From Alphaproteobacteria bacterium (GTDB taxonomy: Bacteria > Pseudomonadota > Alphaproteobacteria > RF32 > CAG-239), in contig JAFTII010000030.1 of assembly GCA_017457005.1 (NCBI GenBank), positions 13,669 through 77,668 on the forward strand: a DNA stretch of 64,000 nucleotides, written 5' to 3'. The notes under the pieces are model-generated. The model worked only from the letters and a program-made list of their open reading frames with translations, was not told the origin of the DNA and did not search any database. The position numbers and the translations under genes were made by a program. Every line of letters begins with the position of its first letter. Within the stretch, counting starts at the first letter, position 1. This document shows, in pieces, positions 37,875 through 47,588 of the stretch.

Positions 37875-37903
37875 AAGAAACCATCCTTCAGGATGGTTTT
37901 CTT
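37875..37903. terminator. bidirectional hairpin terminator
   Basis: AAGAAACCATCC-TTCA-GGATGGTTTTCTT between convergent genes. Confidence 0.75.
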
Positions 37904-37924
37904 GTATTCTGTACATTTTAAAGA

Positions 37925-39241
37925 TCAGATTGTATTCAGTAGCCACTCAAGCACATTCATACGTTTAATACCGTTGTTTTCGCCTGAACCGAAATCCATT
38001 GTCAGTAAAAATTTAGGGTAATTATCTTCTATAGCCTCAAGTGGTGCAAGTTCTCGTTCTAATATGTCTGTTCCCAACACATTCAATGCGACTTGATAAT
38101 ATTCAACTATTCCGCCACTTTTTTTAGCAACAAAATCAACCTCAATATTTTTACCACCTTTGACTATTTTACCCACCGAAACTTGATAACCACGTCGCAA
38201 CAGCTCTAAGTAAACCACATTTTCTAAGATATGTCCTTGATCCATATCTTTGATACCCAACAATGCCGTACGTAGTCCTATATCCGCAACATAATATTTA
38301 GCATTACTATCAAGATATTGTTTGCCTTTGATATCATAACGGTCGCATTTATAAAGTAAAAAGCTATCTAATAACCCTTGCACCATTGTATCTATGGTCG
38401 GTACTGATATTTTATGTCCGCCAGAATTTAAGCCTTTTTCTATGTTGCGGATAGATGTTTCATTACCAATATTATCAAACATATACTTAACCACGGCATC
38501 AAGCTTATTAGTGTCTGCAATATTAAAACGTTTAACTATATCCTTTTGAATTGTATTCAGATAAACAGTATCCAACAAATAATCGCTTATTAGTTGTTTA
38601 TCATAAACCAAGTTTAAAGTCTGAGGAAAACCGCTTTCAGTTATATAATGATAATAAACCGCCATTGGATTATGCAAATCATCCATATCTTTTTTAGTCT
38701 TAACATCAAATGGAGCAAACTTTAAGCATGCTGAAAAATATTCCTTAAAAGAAAAAGGTTGCATTTTGATTTCAATATATCTGCCACCTAATGAATTAGC
38801 CAAATCACTGGAAAACATATAGGCATTTGAACCAGTCAAATACAAATCAACATTACTTTGTAATCTTAACGCATTAGCGACTTTATCCCAATCTCTCAAT
38901 AACTGTATTTCATCAATAAAGACATAATTCATCTTATTGGGTTTGAGAATTGATAAAACATAGCCCAATAACTTATTATAACCGACTAAAAAGTTTTCTG
39001 TATCATAAGAAAGTCCGATTTTGTTAGTTTGTACCAAATCTTCCAGATTTATATTTATAATATGACTATCATCGGCTTGTTTATTAGCAATTAAATCAAA
39101 TTGATAAAGATAAAACAATTTGGATTTACCGCAACGTCTTACTCCTGTGATTATTTTTATTAATTCACTTTGCCCTTGCCATTTTTTCAGTTGCTCTATA
39201 TATTGTGGTCTATCAACTATTCTTTCAGATACACTTTGCAT
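37925..39241 (-). CDS. AAA-family ATPase with a DUF4143-type C-terminal domain (COG1373-like)
   Basis: 438 aa with Walker A GVRRCGKS and Walker B-like YVFIDEIQ; length and layout are typical of COG1373. SD AAGGAGAA. Confidence 0.82.
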   Translation of the reverse strand: MQSVSERIVDRPQYIEQLKKWQGQSELIKIITGVRRCGKSKLFYLYQFDLIANKQADDSHIININLEDLVQTNKIGLSYDTENFLVGYNKLLGYVLSILKPNKMNYVFIDEIQLLRDWDKVANALRLQSNVDLYLTGSNAYMFSSDLANSLGGRYIEIKMQPFSFKEYFSACLKFAPFDVKTKKDMDDLHNPMAVYYHYITESGFPQTLNLVYDKQLISDYLLDTVYLNTIQKDIVKRFNIADTNKLDAVVKYMFDNIGNETSIRNIEKGLNSGGHKISVPTIDTMVQGLLDSFLLYKCDRYDIKGKQYLDSNAKYYVADIGLRTALLGIKDMDQGHILENVVYLELLRRGYQVSVGKIVKGGKNIEVDFVAKKSGGIVEYYQVALNVLGTDILERELAPLEAIEDNYPKFLLTMDFGSGENNGIKRMNVLEWLLNTI

Positions 39242-39268
39242 TGTTTATTCTCCTTAAGCTATATGTTA

Positions 39269-39297
39269 ATTATATTTAACAAAAAATAAAAAATCAA
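39269..39297 (-). promoter_or_regulatory. near-consensus sigma70 promoter of the ATPase gene
   Basis: On the minus strand: TTGATT-17 nt-TATAAT. The proximal TTTTGTTAAATATA repeat overlaps the spacer and -10 element. Confidence 0.5.
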
Positions 39298-39362
39298 GTG
39301 TTTTGTAAAATATATTTAACAAAATCTCAAGAATATCGTTTTTCGCAAAATAGAATTAACAA
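39271..39362. repeat. three phased direct repeats (period exactly 40 bp)
   Basis: TATATTTAACAAAA at 39271 and at 39311 (identical), and TAGAATTAACAATC at 39351. Confidence 0.6.
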
Positions 39363-39409
39363 TCAAAGTATTCCGTATTTTTTCCGCACACGTAATTAGC
39401 AGATTTTTT

Positions 39410-39970
39410 CTATTCCGCACACATTAACTCACCATCAATCATACAGGTTTCATCAATATATCCTATTTTCATTAATGTTCGCAAAATATTAGCCTTATTA
39501 CGTTTTTTGATAGGTTTAATAGGACGACCGGCATAAACCGTCCATGGTTCAAATTTATAATTAGAGGGAACAAAACTCAAAGCTCCGATAGTTACCCCTT
39601 CAGGAATATTGTTATTAGGCATAATAACAGAATTAGTGCCGACACCGGTAAATCTTCCAAGTTTAACATTTCCTTCAATTTCTTTTACTTCCGGAACTGA
39701 GTGGGTTACCAATTCATTTACATAATCGTTAGAAGATAACCAAACCTTTACTCCGGCTGCTAAACTTGAAAAACCTCCCATCTCAAAAACATATTTTCCA
39801 TCTCCGCCTGCAATATATGTCCCCGGAGCAATCTCACAATCATTTCCTATCTTGCATGCCGTAGATATACGACAAAAATCTGCAATTCTAACATTATCCC
39901 CTATTTCCATTAAATCAGGTTTTTTGATAATAACATATTCGCCAAGTGTAAAGTTTTTTCCGTGTTTCAT
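39410..39970 (-). CDS. left-handed beta-helix (hexapeptide-repeat) acyl/acetyltransferase
   Basis: 186 aa with hexapeptide-like repeats (IGDNVRIADFCRIS, IGNDCEIAPGTYI, VGTNSVIMPNNNIPEGVTIGALSFV). Confidence 0.78.
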   Translation of the reverse strand: MKHGKNFTLGEYVIIKKPDLMEIGDNVRIADFCRISTACKIGNDCEIAPGTYIAGGDGKYVFEMGGFSSLAAGVKVWLSSNDYVNELVTHSVPEVKEIEGNVKLGRFTGVGTNSVIMPNNNIPEGVTIGALSFVPSNYKFEPWTVYAGRPIKPIKKRNKANILRTLMKIGYIDETCMIDGELMCAE

Positions 39971-40234
39971 TTTATATTCCCATATTTATTTACACTTATA
40001 ATCTAAAATTATGCCTATATAAAAGCAAATCAACAAATAATATTAAATATTACAACTATTCACTATCAGACTGCCTACTCTCCAACAAATCCAAAATCCA
40101 CTAAATAATTATATGACATCGCCATAGAAATATTTGTTTATCTTTTGCAGAATATAAATATCAGAAAATTTAACAATAAAAGAACAAAAACAATCTCAAA
40201 TTTCTGTATTTTGGCTCCCCTTTTTAATTTTATA

Positions 40235-40263
40235 TTTACAACATTGCAAAAATATGCTATAGT
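40235..40263 (+). promoter_or_regulatory. candidate sigma70 promoter inside a 446-bp AT-rich spacer
   Basis: TTTACA-17 nt-TATAGT. This would give a leader of about 150 nt before the ATG at 40417. Confidence 0.4.
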
Positions 40264-40416
40264 GACATTGTAATTAAGTTTTATGTTATATTATTATTCA
40301 AAATGTTATCATAGTTTATCGGGGTTGTTTGGCTTCCTTAAATGATAAGATTTTTATTAATTTTATAATATAAAACTTATTTATAAAGAACGTTAAACAA
40401 TTAAAATAAAAAAGTT

Positions 40417-40743
40417 ATGAAAACATTTTTTGCTATTACAGCCATTGTGCTTGCATCTCTCTGGGTTCTTCGTTTCATCGTTCACTTCATGTATTTGGTT
40501 GAATACTATGTTGATGATAATGATATATCACGTGTTAGCATCTACATACAAGAGAGTTGGTTTAACTGCAAGATCCTTAGTTGGCAAACATTTTGGATCC
40601 TAGTAATTAGGTGTTCGAGATGGGAGTTTCAGCTCTTATCGCTAATTACCGGAGCACCCATTTGGGGATTTGTCTTGTATATAATCATAGAAAGCATGAT
40701 TATTACAGTCAAACGTATCTACAACTGGCTTAAATGGCAGTAA
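40417..40743 (+). CDS. small hypothetical membrane protein
   Basis: 108 aa with 3 predicted TM helices. No SD. A strong terminator follows. Confidence 0.5.
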   Translation: MKTFFAITAIVLASLWVLRFIVHFMYLVEYYVDDNDISRVSIYIQESWFNCKILSWQTFWILVIRCSRWEFQLLSLITGAPIWGFVLYIIIESMIITVKRIYNWLKWQ

Positions 40744-40791
40744 AAAAGAACCCCCTAAGTTTGTGACAAACACATCTTAGGGGGTTCTTTG
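40744..40791. terminator. bidirectional hairpin terminator
   Basis: AAGAACCCCCTAAG...CTTAGGGGGTTCTT (14-bp stem). Confidence 0.8.
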
Positions 40792-40800
40792 TTTATAAAT

Positions 40801-41136
40801 TTAACCCAACAAATTACCACCTATTGCAACCGTGCTTGCAGGCATATCAAGTAAATGAATATTTACCAAATTACGCTCTACCTGCAATTTTTCAGCAATT
40901 AAATCCGTTAGCAACCTTGCCAAACCGCTTTTATCTCCAAAACCGATAGACTGCATCTCTACCAGCGCTCCTTTATTATTAACGCTTCCCTCAAATGCCA
41001 TATCAGGATTATTAATTACATTAACCACAACATAACGAATTGGCTTACACAATTGTTTTGCTACCAATTCTGCAGCCTCCTCTGCAAACTTTTCATTTTT
41101 AACATCAGAATTATAATAAACAGTAAAAAAAGGCAT
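40801..41136 (-). CDS. MIF/phenylpyruvate-tautomerase family protein (Pro-1 tautomerase superfamily)
   Basis: 111 aa with N-terminal MPFFTV (catalytic Pro after Met removal). It aligns by eye along its whole length with MIF (KPIRYVVVNV...MAFEGS...ALVEMQSIG). Confidence 0.78.
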   Translation of the reverse strand: MPFFTVYYNSDVKNEKFAEEAAELVAKQLCKPIRYVVVNVINNPDMAFEGSVNNKGALVEMQSIGFGDKSGLARLLTDLIAEKLQVERNLVNIHLLDMPASTVAIGGNLLG

Positions 41137-41154
41137 ATTCTTTCTCCTAACTAA

Positions 41155-42792
41155 TTAATTACGACATTTAGCAAATATATCCAACTCCGGATTATATGCT
41201 TCAATCTTCAAACCCGCTACCCCTAACATTGAATGAAACAAATTATCATGTGAGGCTTGTCTTTTAGTTTGGTTGGTTAAACATACACTACTATAATTCA
41301 TATTTTTTTTGGTTTTTTCCGGCATCCACACCCAAAACGGAACTTCTTTTTGATATGCCGGAGATCTGTCATATACTCCGGAGTGCATATAAAAACCGTC
41401 TTCCCCTAAAGACTCTCCGTGATCAGACGTATAAAAAACAACAATATTATATTCATCATCAAAAGCAGATAAGTCCTTCAACATCTCTGCTGCTAAATAA
41501 CTGTTATAAACTATACTGTTATCATAAGCATTGACTAATTCTTCATACGAACAGTCTTTCAAGATTTCGCTTTCACACACCGGCTTATAAATTTCAAACT
41601 CTTTCGGATAACGCAAATAATAATCAGGTCCGTGACTGCCGTACTGGTGCAAAACAAGTACAATATTATCATCTATGGATCTTATTTTTTCTTTAAGATC
41701 TTTTTGCATAACTTCATCCAAACAAGTATTATCCTGACAAAATACTTCTGTCGTGATACGAGTACAATTCCCCTTACAACTGGAATTATTTTCTCTCCAT
41801 ATTACTTTATAATCGTTATAGGCAAACACATCTAACACATTTTCCAAATAAGATGCCGAACCGGGAATAAAATTGTCTCTCCCCAACATAGAAAACATAC
41901 AAGGTACGGAAACTGCCGTAGAAGTACCACAAGCAGTTGCATTTTTAAACACCATTATATCTTTAGCAAATTGTTTCAGATGTCTGTTGGTATCTCGTGC
42001 ATAACCGTTTAGAGAATAATTCGCTGCTCGTCCGCTTTCACCAACAACCACAACCAATATATTTTTCCGTGTTTTATCTTTCCAATACCTGTTTATCTCT
42101 GTCTTTTTATTTAATGGTGTTATCTTATCATGTTTTTTTAATATTTTTATCACACTAATTGTAGAAGATATATAATTTGTAGGCACCATCATATACAGTA
42201 AATGCTTTCTTTCTTCCACAAAGGTACCTAATTTACCGGCAACAGGCAATAAAATCACAGCTACCAACAAACCTGCCTGCAAAATAAGTTTTAACCTTCT
42301 TCGTAAATCTTGTTTCCATCCTTTGTTTACAAAATTTGATTTAACTAACAAATAAAACAATAAGATATCAACACCTGCAAACAGCAACATTTTTGTACTT
42401 ATTAATGCACCAACTTCAGCAACATCCGTCTGGAATACATTAATCATCATAATTTTATCAATTTCAACATTATAGGTCTGCATAAAATAAATTGCAGCAG
42501 TATTAGCAATAATCAAAAACCCTAATATAAATTTGGCAATATATTTGTGCAAAATAACTGTATATACTATAACAAAAGCGGCAAAAAGAACAATCATCGC
42601 CAACAAGCCGACAATCCAACTTGAGTTTATAACCAGTTTATTCAAAAACAAATAATTAGAACAAACAGAAACAAATGCCCAGAACAACAAACTGCCGTTA
42701 GGATTCAAATAGCTATCATTATCCTTCTTTATATGATGCAAAACTGCCAATAATAACAAAAACGCAATTCCCAACATAACTAATACAGACAT
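41155..42792 (-). CDS. eptA: lipid A phosphoethanolamine transferase (EptA/MCR family)
   Basis: 545 aa with 5 N-terminal TM helices and a sulfatase-fold periplasmic domain (ESGRAANYSLNGY, FYTSDHGESLGEDG). Confidence 0.88.
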   Translation of the reverse strand: MSVLVMLGIAFLLLLAVLHHIKKDNDSYLNPNGSLLFWAFVSVCSNYLFLNKLVINSSWIVGLLAMIVLFAAFVIVYTVILHKYIAKFILGFLIIANTAAIYFMQTYNVEIDKIMMINVFQTDVAEVGALISTKMLLFAGVDILLFYLLVKSNFVNKGWKQDLRRRLKLILQAGLLVAVILLPVAGKLGTFVEERKHLLYMMVPTNYISSTISVIKILKKHDKITPLNKKTEINRYWKDKTRKNILVVVVGESGRAANYSLNGYARDTNRHLKQFAKDIMVFKNATACGTSTAVSVPCMFSMLGRDNFIPGSASYLENVLDVFAYNDYKVIWRENNSSCKGNCTRITTEVFCQDNTCLDEVMQKDLKEKIRSIDDNIVLVLHQYGSHGPDYYLRYPKEFEIYKPVCESEILKDCSYEELVNAYDNSIVYNSYLAAEMLKDLSAFDDEYNIVVFYTSDHGESLGEDGFYMHSGVYDRSPAYQKEVPFWVWMPEKTKKNMNYSSVCLTNQTKRQASHDNLFHSMLGVAGLKIEAYNPELDIFAKCRN

Positions 42793-42965
42793 CTTTAAAC
42801 TCCTAATATAAATCTCTATAAAGGATATTAGGAGTTAGCATATACTTTGCAAGAATTAATAATGATATTTCAACAGTTAAAAAAATTACAACACAATATT
42901 TTGTTTTTCATAACCATAAGGCGTTTCTGAATAGAAACGCCTTACATTAAGCAGAAGTTTACCGA

Positions 42966-45836
42966 TTAGTCTTCTGAAGAAATAATTTCAGGAGCAGCAA
43001 CTTCATCATTTACACTGTCTTCAGTATCCGGAACATTATCTCCCAACACTTCAGATCCGGTTTCTTCTTCAAGCTCATCACTATCACCATCATCTGCATC
43101 TAACCAAGTGACAGAAACAACCTTTTCATCATCAGCCGTTCTAAACAAGATAACACCTTGCGTTTTACGTCCGGCTATTCTGATATCTGTTACCGGCATT
43201 CTGATAAGTTTTCCACCATCAGTAACCATCATAATTTGGTTATTATCCTCTATCGGGAAAGAACTTGCAATTTCTTTATTACGGGCAGACATTTCCATAT
43301 TGGCAATACCTTGTCCTCCACGTCCGGTAACACGATATTCATAAGAAGACGAACGTTTACCATATCCGGTTGTGGTTACGGAAAGAATAAATTGTTCTTT
43401 TTCACGCATTTCAGCATATTTTTCCGATGTTAAAGCACTCATCGGTATTCCTGCGTCTTCCGGAGCAATTACACAATCATCTTCACGTTCAAGTTGAATA
43501 CGTTTTATGGCTGAAGATATTTTCAGATATTCTTCACGTTCTTCAGAAGTAGCTTCGCTGTGATTCAAAATAGACATTGAAATTACTTCATCTTTACCGG
43601 CTAGTTTAATACCTCTTACACCGGTTGAATTACGTCCGACAAACACACGAACATCCGTAACCGGAAAACGAATACATTTACCACCGCGAGCAGCCAATAA
43701 AACATCATCATTTTCCGTACAAATTCGAACATTGATAAGTTTGTCTCCATCATCAAGCTTCATTGCAATTTTACCGTTTGACTGAACATTCACAAAATCC
43801 ATCAATGAATTACGACGAACATTGCCCTGAGATGTGGCAAACATAATAGACATATCTTTGCACTCTGCTTCATTTTCCGGTAATTTCATAATGGTTGTAA
43901 TTGTTTCACCAGCATCTAACGGCAACAAATTGATAAATGGCTTACCTTTTGAGGTCGGAGACCCGAGCGGTAACTTATAAACCTTCATCTTATATACCAA
44001 ACCTTTAGAAGAGAAGAACAATACCGGAGTATGAGTACTTGCAACAAATAAACGAGTAACAAAATCTTCTTCTTTTGTTGCCATACCTGACTTACCTTTT
44101 CCGCCACGTTTTTGCGCTTTGTAGGCATTAAGCGGAACCCGCTTAATATATCCGGCTTCAGTAACGGTAACAACCATTTCTTCACGCTGAATCAAAGATT
44201 CAATATCTGTATCATATTCAATATCTTCAATTTTAGTACGACGAGGAGTTGCATATTCATCCTTAACGGCAACCAACTCATCACGCATAATACCGTAAAG
44301 TTTTTCTCGGCTAGACAGAATAGATAAACACTCCTTAATATCATTACCAAGTCCGACCAACTCTTCGTGAATTTTATCTCTTTCCAAACCTGTTAATCGT
44401 TGCAATTTCAAGTCCAGAATTGCTTTTGCTTGAGCTTCGGACAGACGATATGTTCCGTTTTCAACTTTTCTGTCCGGCTCGTCTATCAATTTAACCAAAG
44501 CTTCAACATCTCCTGCCGGCCAAGATTTTGCCAACAAAGCTTCTTTTGCTTCTTGCGGATTGGGAGATGTCCGAATCAACTCAATTACCGGATCAATATT
44601 TTCTACGGCAATTGCCAAACCAACCAAAACATGTGCTCTATCACGAGCTTTGTTTAAATTATAAATTGTACGACGACGAATAACTTCTTCTCTGAATTCA
44701 ATAAATGCCGATACAATTTCTTTCAAATTCATCATCATCGGACGTCCGCGATGAATTGCCAACATATTCATACCGAAACTGGTTTGTAACGGAGTGTATT
44801 TATATAATTGGTTCAAAACAACATCTGCTTGAAAATCACGTTTGACCTCAATAACAACCCGAACACCTTGTCTATCGGATTCATCTCTTATTTCACCGAT
44901 ACCTTCCAGTCTTTTTTCTTTAACTAATTCGGCAATACGAGTAATCATAGCAGCCTTATTAACCTGATAAGGTATTTCATGAACAATAATAGCTTCTCTG
45001 TCTTTATGTAGTTCTTCAATCGTACATTTTGCACGCATTACGACTGAACCGCGTCCGGTCAAATAAGCTGATTTTGCACCGGAATAGCCCAAAATCAAAC
45101 CACCGGTTGGAAAATCCGGTCCGGGTACTATTTTTATCATATCTTCAATTGAAATATCCGGATTATCAATATATGCGCAACAAGCATCTATTACTTCTCC
45201 CAAGTTATGAGGCGGAATATTTGTTGCCATACCCACGGCAATACCATTCGCGCCATTAACCAATAAATTAGGATAATTTGCCGGCAATACTGAAGGTTCT
45301 TGCAAACTTTCATCATAGTTAGGCATAAAGTCAACAGTATCTTTATCAATATCATCAATCAACGCATGAGCAACTTTAGCAAGTCGTGCCTCTGTATAAC
45401 GCATTGCCGCAGCACTATCACCGTCCATAGAACCGAAGTTCCCTTGTCCGTCAATTAAAGGAACACGCATTGAGAACGGTTGAGCCATTCTAACCATTGC
45501 TTCATAAACAGAAGAATCTCCATGAGGGTGGTACTTACCTAAAACATCACCGACAATACGAGCTGATTTACGAAAAGGACGATTATAATCATATCCGTTT
45601 TCGTATGCTGAATAAATAATTCTACGATGAACCGGTTTTAAACCATCTCTGACATCAGGCAACGCACGAGATACAATCACACTCATTGCATAGTCAAGAT
45701 ATGACCTGCGCATTTCCTCGGAAATTTCTACCGGAGAAATATCTTTTTTATCATTTTCAATAACTTGGTTTAATTCTTCAGACACTTTCTTTACTTTCAC
45801 AAAATTCAAAACTGCCCATAATATAGCAAAAAACAA
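42966..45836 (-). CDS. gyrA: DNA gyrase subunit A
   Basis: [29 protein letters not shown], a C-terminal beta-pinwheel and an acidic tail. The start is uncertain: the track uses the TTG at 45836, and a GTG about 12-17 codons downstream is equally plausible. Confidence 0.95.
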   Translation of the reverse strand: MFFAILWAVLNFVKVKKVSEELNQVIENDKKDISPVEISEEMRRSYLDYAMSVIVSRALPDVRDGLKPVHRRIIYSAYENGYDYNRPFRKSARIVGDVLGKYHPHGDSSVYEAMVRMAQPFSMRVPLIDGQGNFGSMDGDSAAAMRYTEARLAKVAHALIDDIDKDTVDFMPNYDESLQEPSVLPANYPNLLVNGANGIAVGMATNIPPHNLGEVIDACCAYIDNPDISIEDMIKIVPGPDFPTGGLILGYSGAKSAYLTGRGSVVMRAKCTIEELHKDREAIIVHEIPYQVNKAAMITRIAELVKEKRLEGIGEIRDESDRQGVRVVIEVKRDFQADVVLNQLYKYTPLQTSFGMNMLAIHRGRPMMMNLKEIVSAFIEFREEVIRRRTIYNLNKARDRAHVLVGLAIAVENIDPVIELIRTSPNPQEAKEALLAKSWPAGDVEALVKLIDEPDRKVENGTYRLSEAQAKAILDLKLQRLTGLERDKIHEELVGLGNDIKECLSILSSREKLYGIMRDELVAVKDEYATPRRTKIEDIEYDTDIESLIQREEMVVTVTEAGYIKRVPLNAYKAQKRGGKGKSGMATKEEDFVTRLFVASTHTPVLFFSSKGLVYKMKVYKLPLGSPTSKGKPFINLLPLDAGETITTIMKLPENEAECKDMSIMFATSQGNVRRNSLMDFVNVQSNGKIAMKLDDGDKLINVRICTENDDVLLAARGGKCIRFPVTDVRVFVGRNSTGVRGIKLAGKDEVISMSILNHSEATSEEREEYLKISSAIKRIQLEREDDCVIAPEDAGIPMSALTSEKYAEMREKEQFILSVTTTGYGKRSSSYEYRVTGRGGQGIANMEMSARNKEIASSFPIEDNNQIMMVTDGGKLIRMPVTDIRIAGRKTQGVILFRTADDEKVVSVTWLDADDGDSDELEEETGSEVLGDNVPDTEDSVNDEVAAPEIISSED

Positions 45837-45985
45837 AAAATCATGTCAGTTTTTTTACTGAGTTATACCCAACAAAAAAGTGCATTTTCTTCTCTATGGG
45901 CAAAAAAAGTGCCTTAAAATTGATTTATTCAATTTAAGGCATTTTAAAAGTTAACAATAAACTCATAAAAACGCAAATTTTCAGA

Positions 45986-47458
45986 TTATCCCCTACCCGT
46001 ATTTCTGTTTTGAGCAATTTGTGTAGGTGCATTCTTATTTTGTACACTGGCTACCACAAATTCGGGTAATTTATTTTGTAATTTATAAGAAGAACTGCAA
46101 CTTGCTGCTCTTTTAATTTCTAGAGCAGCGCTACCGCTATTATATTTTTCCAAACTGTAATTATAAATAATACCTGCGGGCAAACGTATCAGATCATTGG
46201 TTTCTATCTTTCCGGTTGCAAAATCTTTGGTTGCGGCCATTCTCTTCTTTATTGCCGGATTAGAAGAATAAGACACTAAATTGTTCCAACAACTTGCATC
46301 ATTGTTAAGTAGTTTTTTATAATAAAACGAATGTTCTAAATTTCTGGGTCCCAACAACCATGCAACAGTAGCAAATGCTGCCACCTCTTCTTGGGTCATC
46401 GCATGATTAACTTTAGCCAATTTAGGAACTGCAACATAATACAGATACAAATCTTTTTGCATCACAGCCTCATTCATGGTAACTTCATCACCCGATTTAA
46501 CCGCTCTTATATGTCTGCCATATTTATCTAAATACGACGTAATTCCCCAACCTATTGTTTCATTGCCCCAGCCGTCATCATAAGCTTTTGCACTATAATT
46601 TTCAAACATTGCCAATAATACGCATATATCATCGTATGCGGCATCAAGCATCGCTAAATTACCATATTTATCATTATATTTTCCGGCACATTTTTCGGCA
46701 AAATTCATTTTTACGCTTTCTTGCGGAAGATTTACCATTTTTTTAGTTGCTGTTTCCTCAGCTTTTTGATAATCAATGGTTGCCGTCTTTTTTTCCTCTG
46801 GCGGAGCTGTTACTTCAGACTGCTTTTCATTTTTATTATCTGATAATTTTTCTTTATCCGATAATTTACCGGACACAAATATTCCGCCACCGATCAAAGA
46901 GGTAGCTGTAAATACCGTAGCTGTTGCCTTCTTAACACGTTTCCATGCCACATTCCAATTATAAGAATGAACAGCTTTTATGCCTCTATCAAAAAAATCT
47001 TTAACTTCAGATATATCAAACTCTATCGTATTTAAATTTAATTTAGCCATCAACATTCCTTTGCGACAAGCAAATGTTGATTTATCAATATAAAAAGGCA
47101 TTTGAGGATTATTTTTCACTTTACGAAGCAACATCGTCAATACAATTGATTTTTTATATTTATTTATTGCTTGTTGAGTAACTTTTTTTGCAATTTCTGC
47201 ATTAGTTAATCGCTTTTCACTATCTGCAAGCGGAACAACATAATTTTGTCCTTTATGAAGTATAGTTTTAGGAGTTTTTCCTGCTTTTTTGTACTCTTGG
47301 ATATTCTGCTCGTTTACGTCCCAAAAATCATCTGGAAAATTTTTATTTTTTGCAACATAAATATATGGAACAGTTATCAATACGCCGTTAACCATTATTT
47401 TTTTTGGAGACATACCTCGTTTTATATATTCTTTACGTAATATTTTCTCTATCTTCAT
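45986..47458 (-). CDS. membrane-anchored protein with a C-terminal phage-type (GH24-like) lysozyme domain, tentative
   Basis: 490 aa with a central TM helix (VFTATSLIGGGIFVSG). The C-terminal MFENYSAKAYDDGWGNETIGWGIT...VKSGDEVTMNEA fits E...AY.D..G..TIGyG.T....G..it..eA. SD AAGGAG. Confidence 0.55.
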   Translation of the reverse strand: MKIEKILRKEYIKRGMSPKKIMVNGVLITVPYIYVAKNKNFPDDFWDVNEQNIQEYKKAGKTPKTILHKGQNYVVPLADSEKRLTNAEIAKKVTQQAINKYKKSIVLTMLLRKVKNNPQMPFYIDKSTFACRKGMLMAKLNLNTIEFDISEVKDFFDRGIKAVHSYNWNVAWKRVKKATATVFTATSLIGGGIFVSGKLSDKEKLSDNKNEKQSEVTAPPEEKKTATIDYQKAEETATKKMVNLPQESVKMNFAEKCAGKYNDKYGNLAMLDAAYDDICVLLAMFENYSAKAYDDGWGNETIGWGITSYLDKYGRHIRAVKSGDEVTMNEAVMQKDLYLYYVAVPKLAKVNHAMTQEEVAAFATVAWLLGPRNLEHSFYYKKLLNNDASCWNNLVSYSSNPAIKKRMAATKDFATGKIETNDLIRLPAGIIYNYSLEKYNSGSAALEIKRAASCSSSYKLQNKLPEFVVASVQNKNAPTQIAQNRNTGRG

Positions 47459-47542
47459 TATAACTCCTTAATACAAAAAGGATTTTACTATATTTAGACA
47501 AAAAGGTCAACATTTAATGAACATAGCCCTAAATTCATAACA

Positions 47543-47572
47543 AAAAAAGGAGCTGTAAAAGCTCCTTTTTTT
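47543..47572. terminator. hairpin terminator after ssb
   Basis: AAAAAAAGGAGC-TGTAAAA-GCTCCTTTTTTT. Confidence 0.78.
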
Positions 47573-47588
47573 CATCTTTTAAATATTA

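Noticed and set aside
37858-37877. A possible fourth tRNA-Asn fragment, TTTAGGTCGCCAGTTTTAAG (GGTCGCC+GTT matches the tRNA T-stem region), which would bracket the 256-aa orphan
   Set aside because: Only 10 of 12 positions match around a 7-mer core, which could easily arise by chance in 64 kb. It is noted as something to test, not as a feature.
45801-45836. The hydrophobic N-terminal extension [12 protein letters not shown] on GyrA
   Set aside because: It derives from a TTG chosen by the ORF caller. It looks like a read-through of the leader, and the true start is probably a downstream GTG (VKVKKVSEE or VSEE). This does not affect the gene call.
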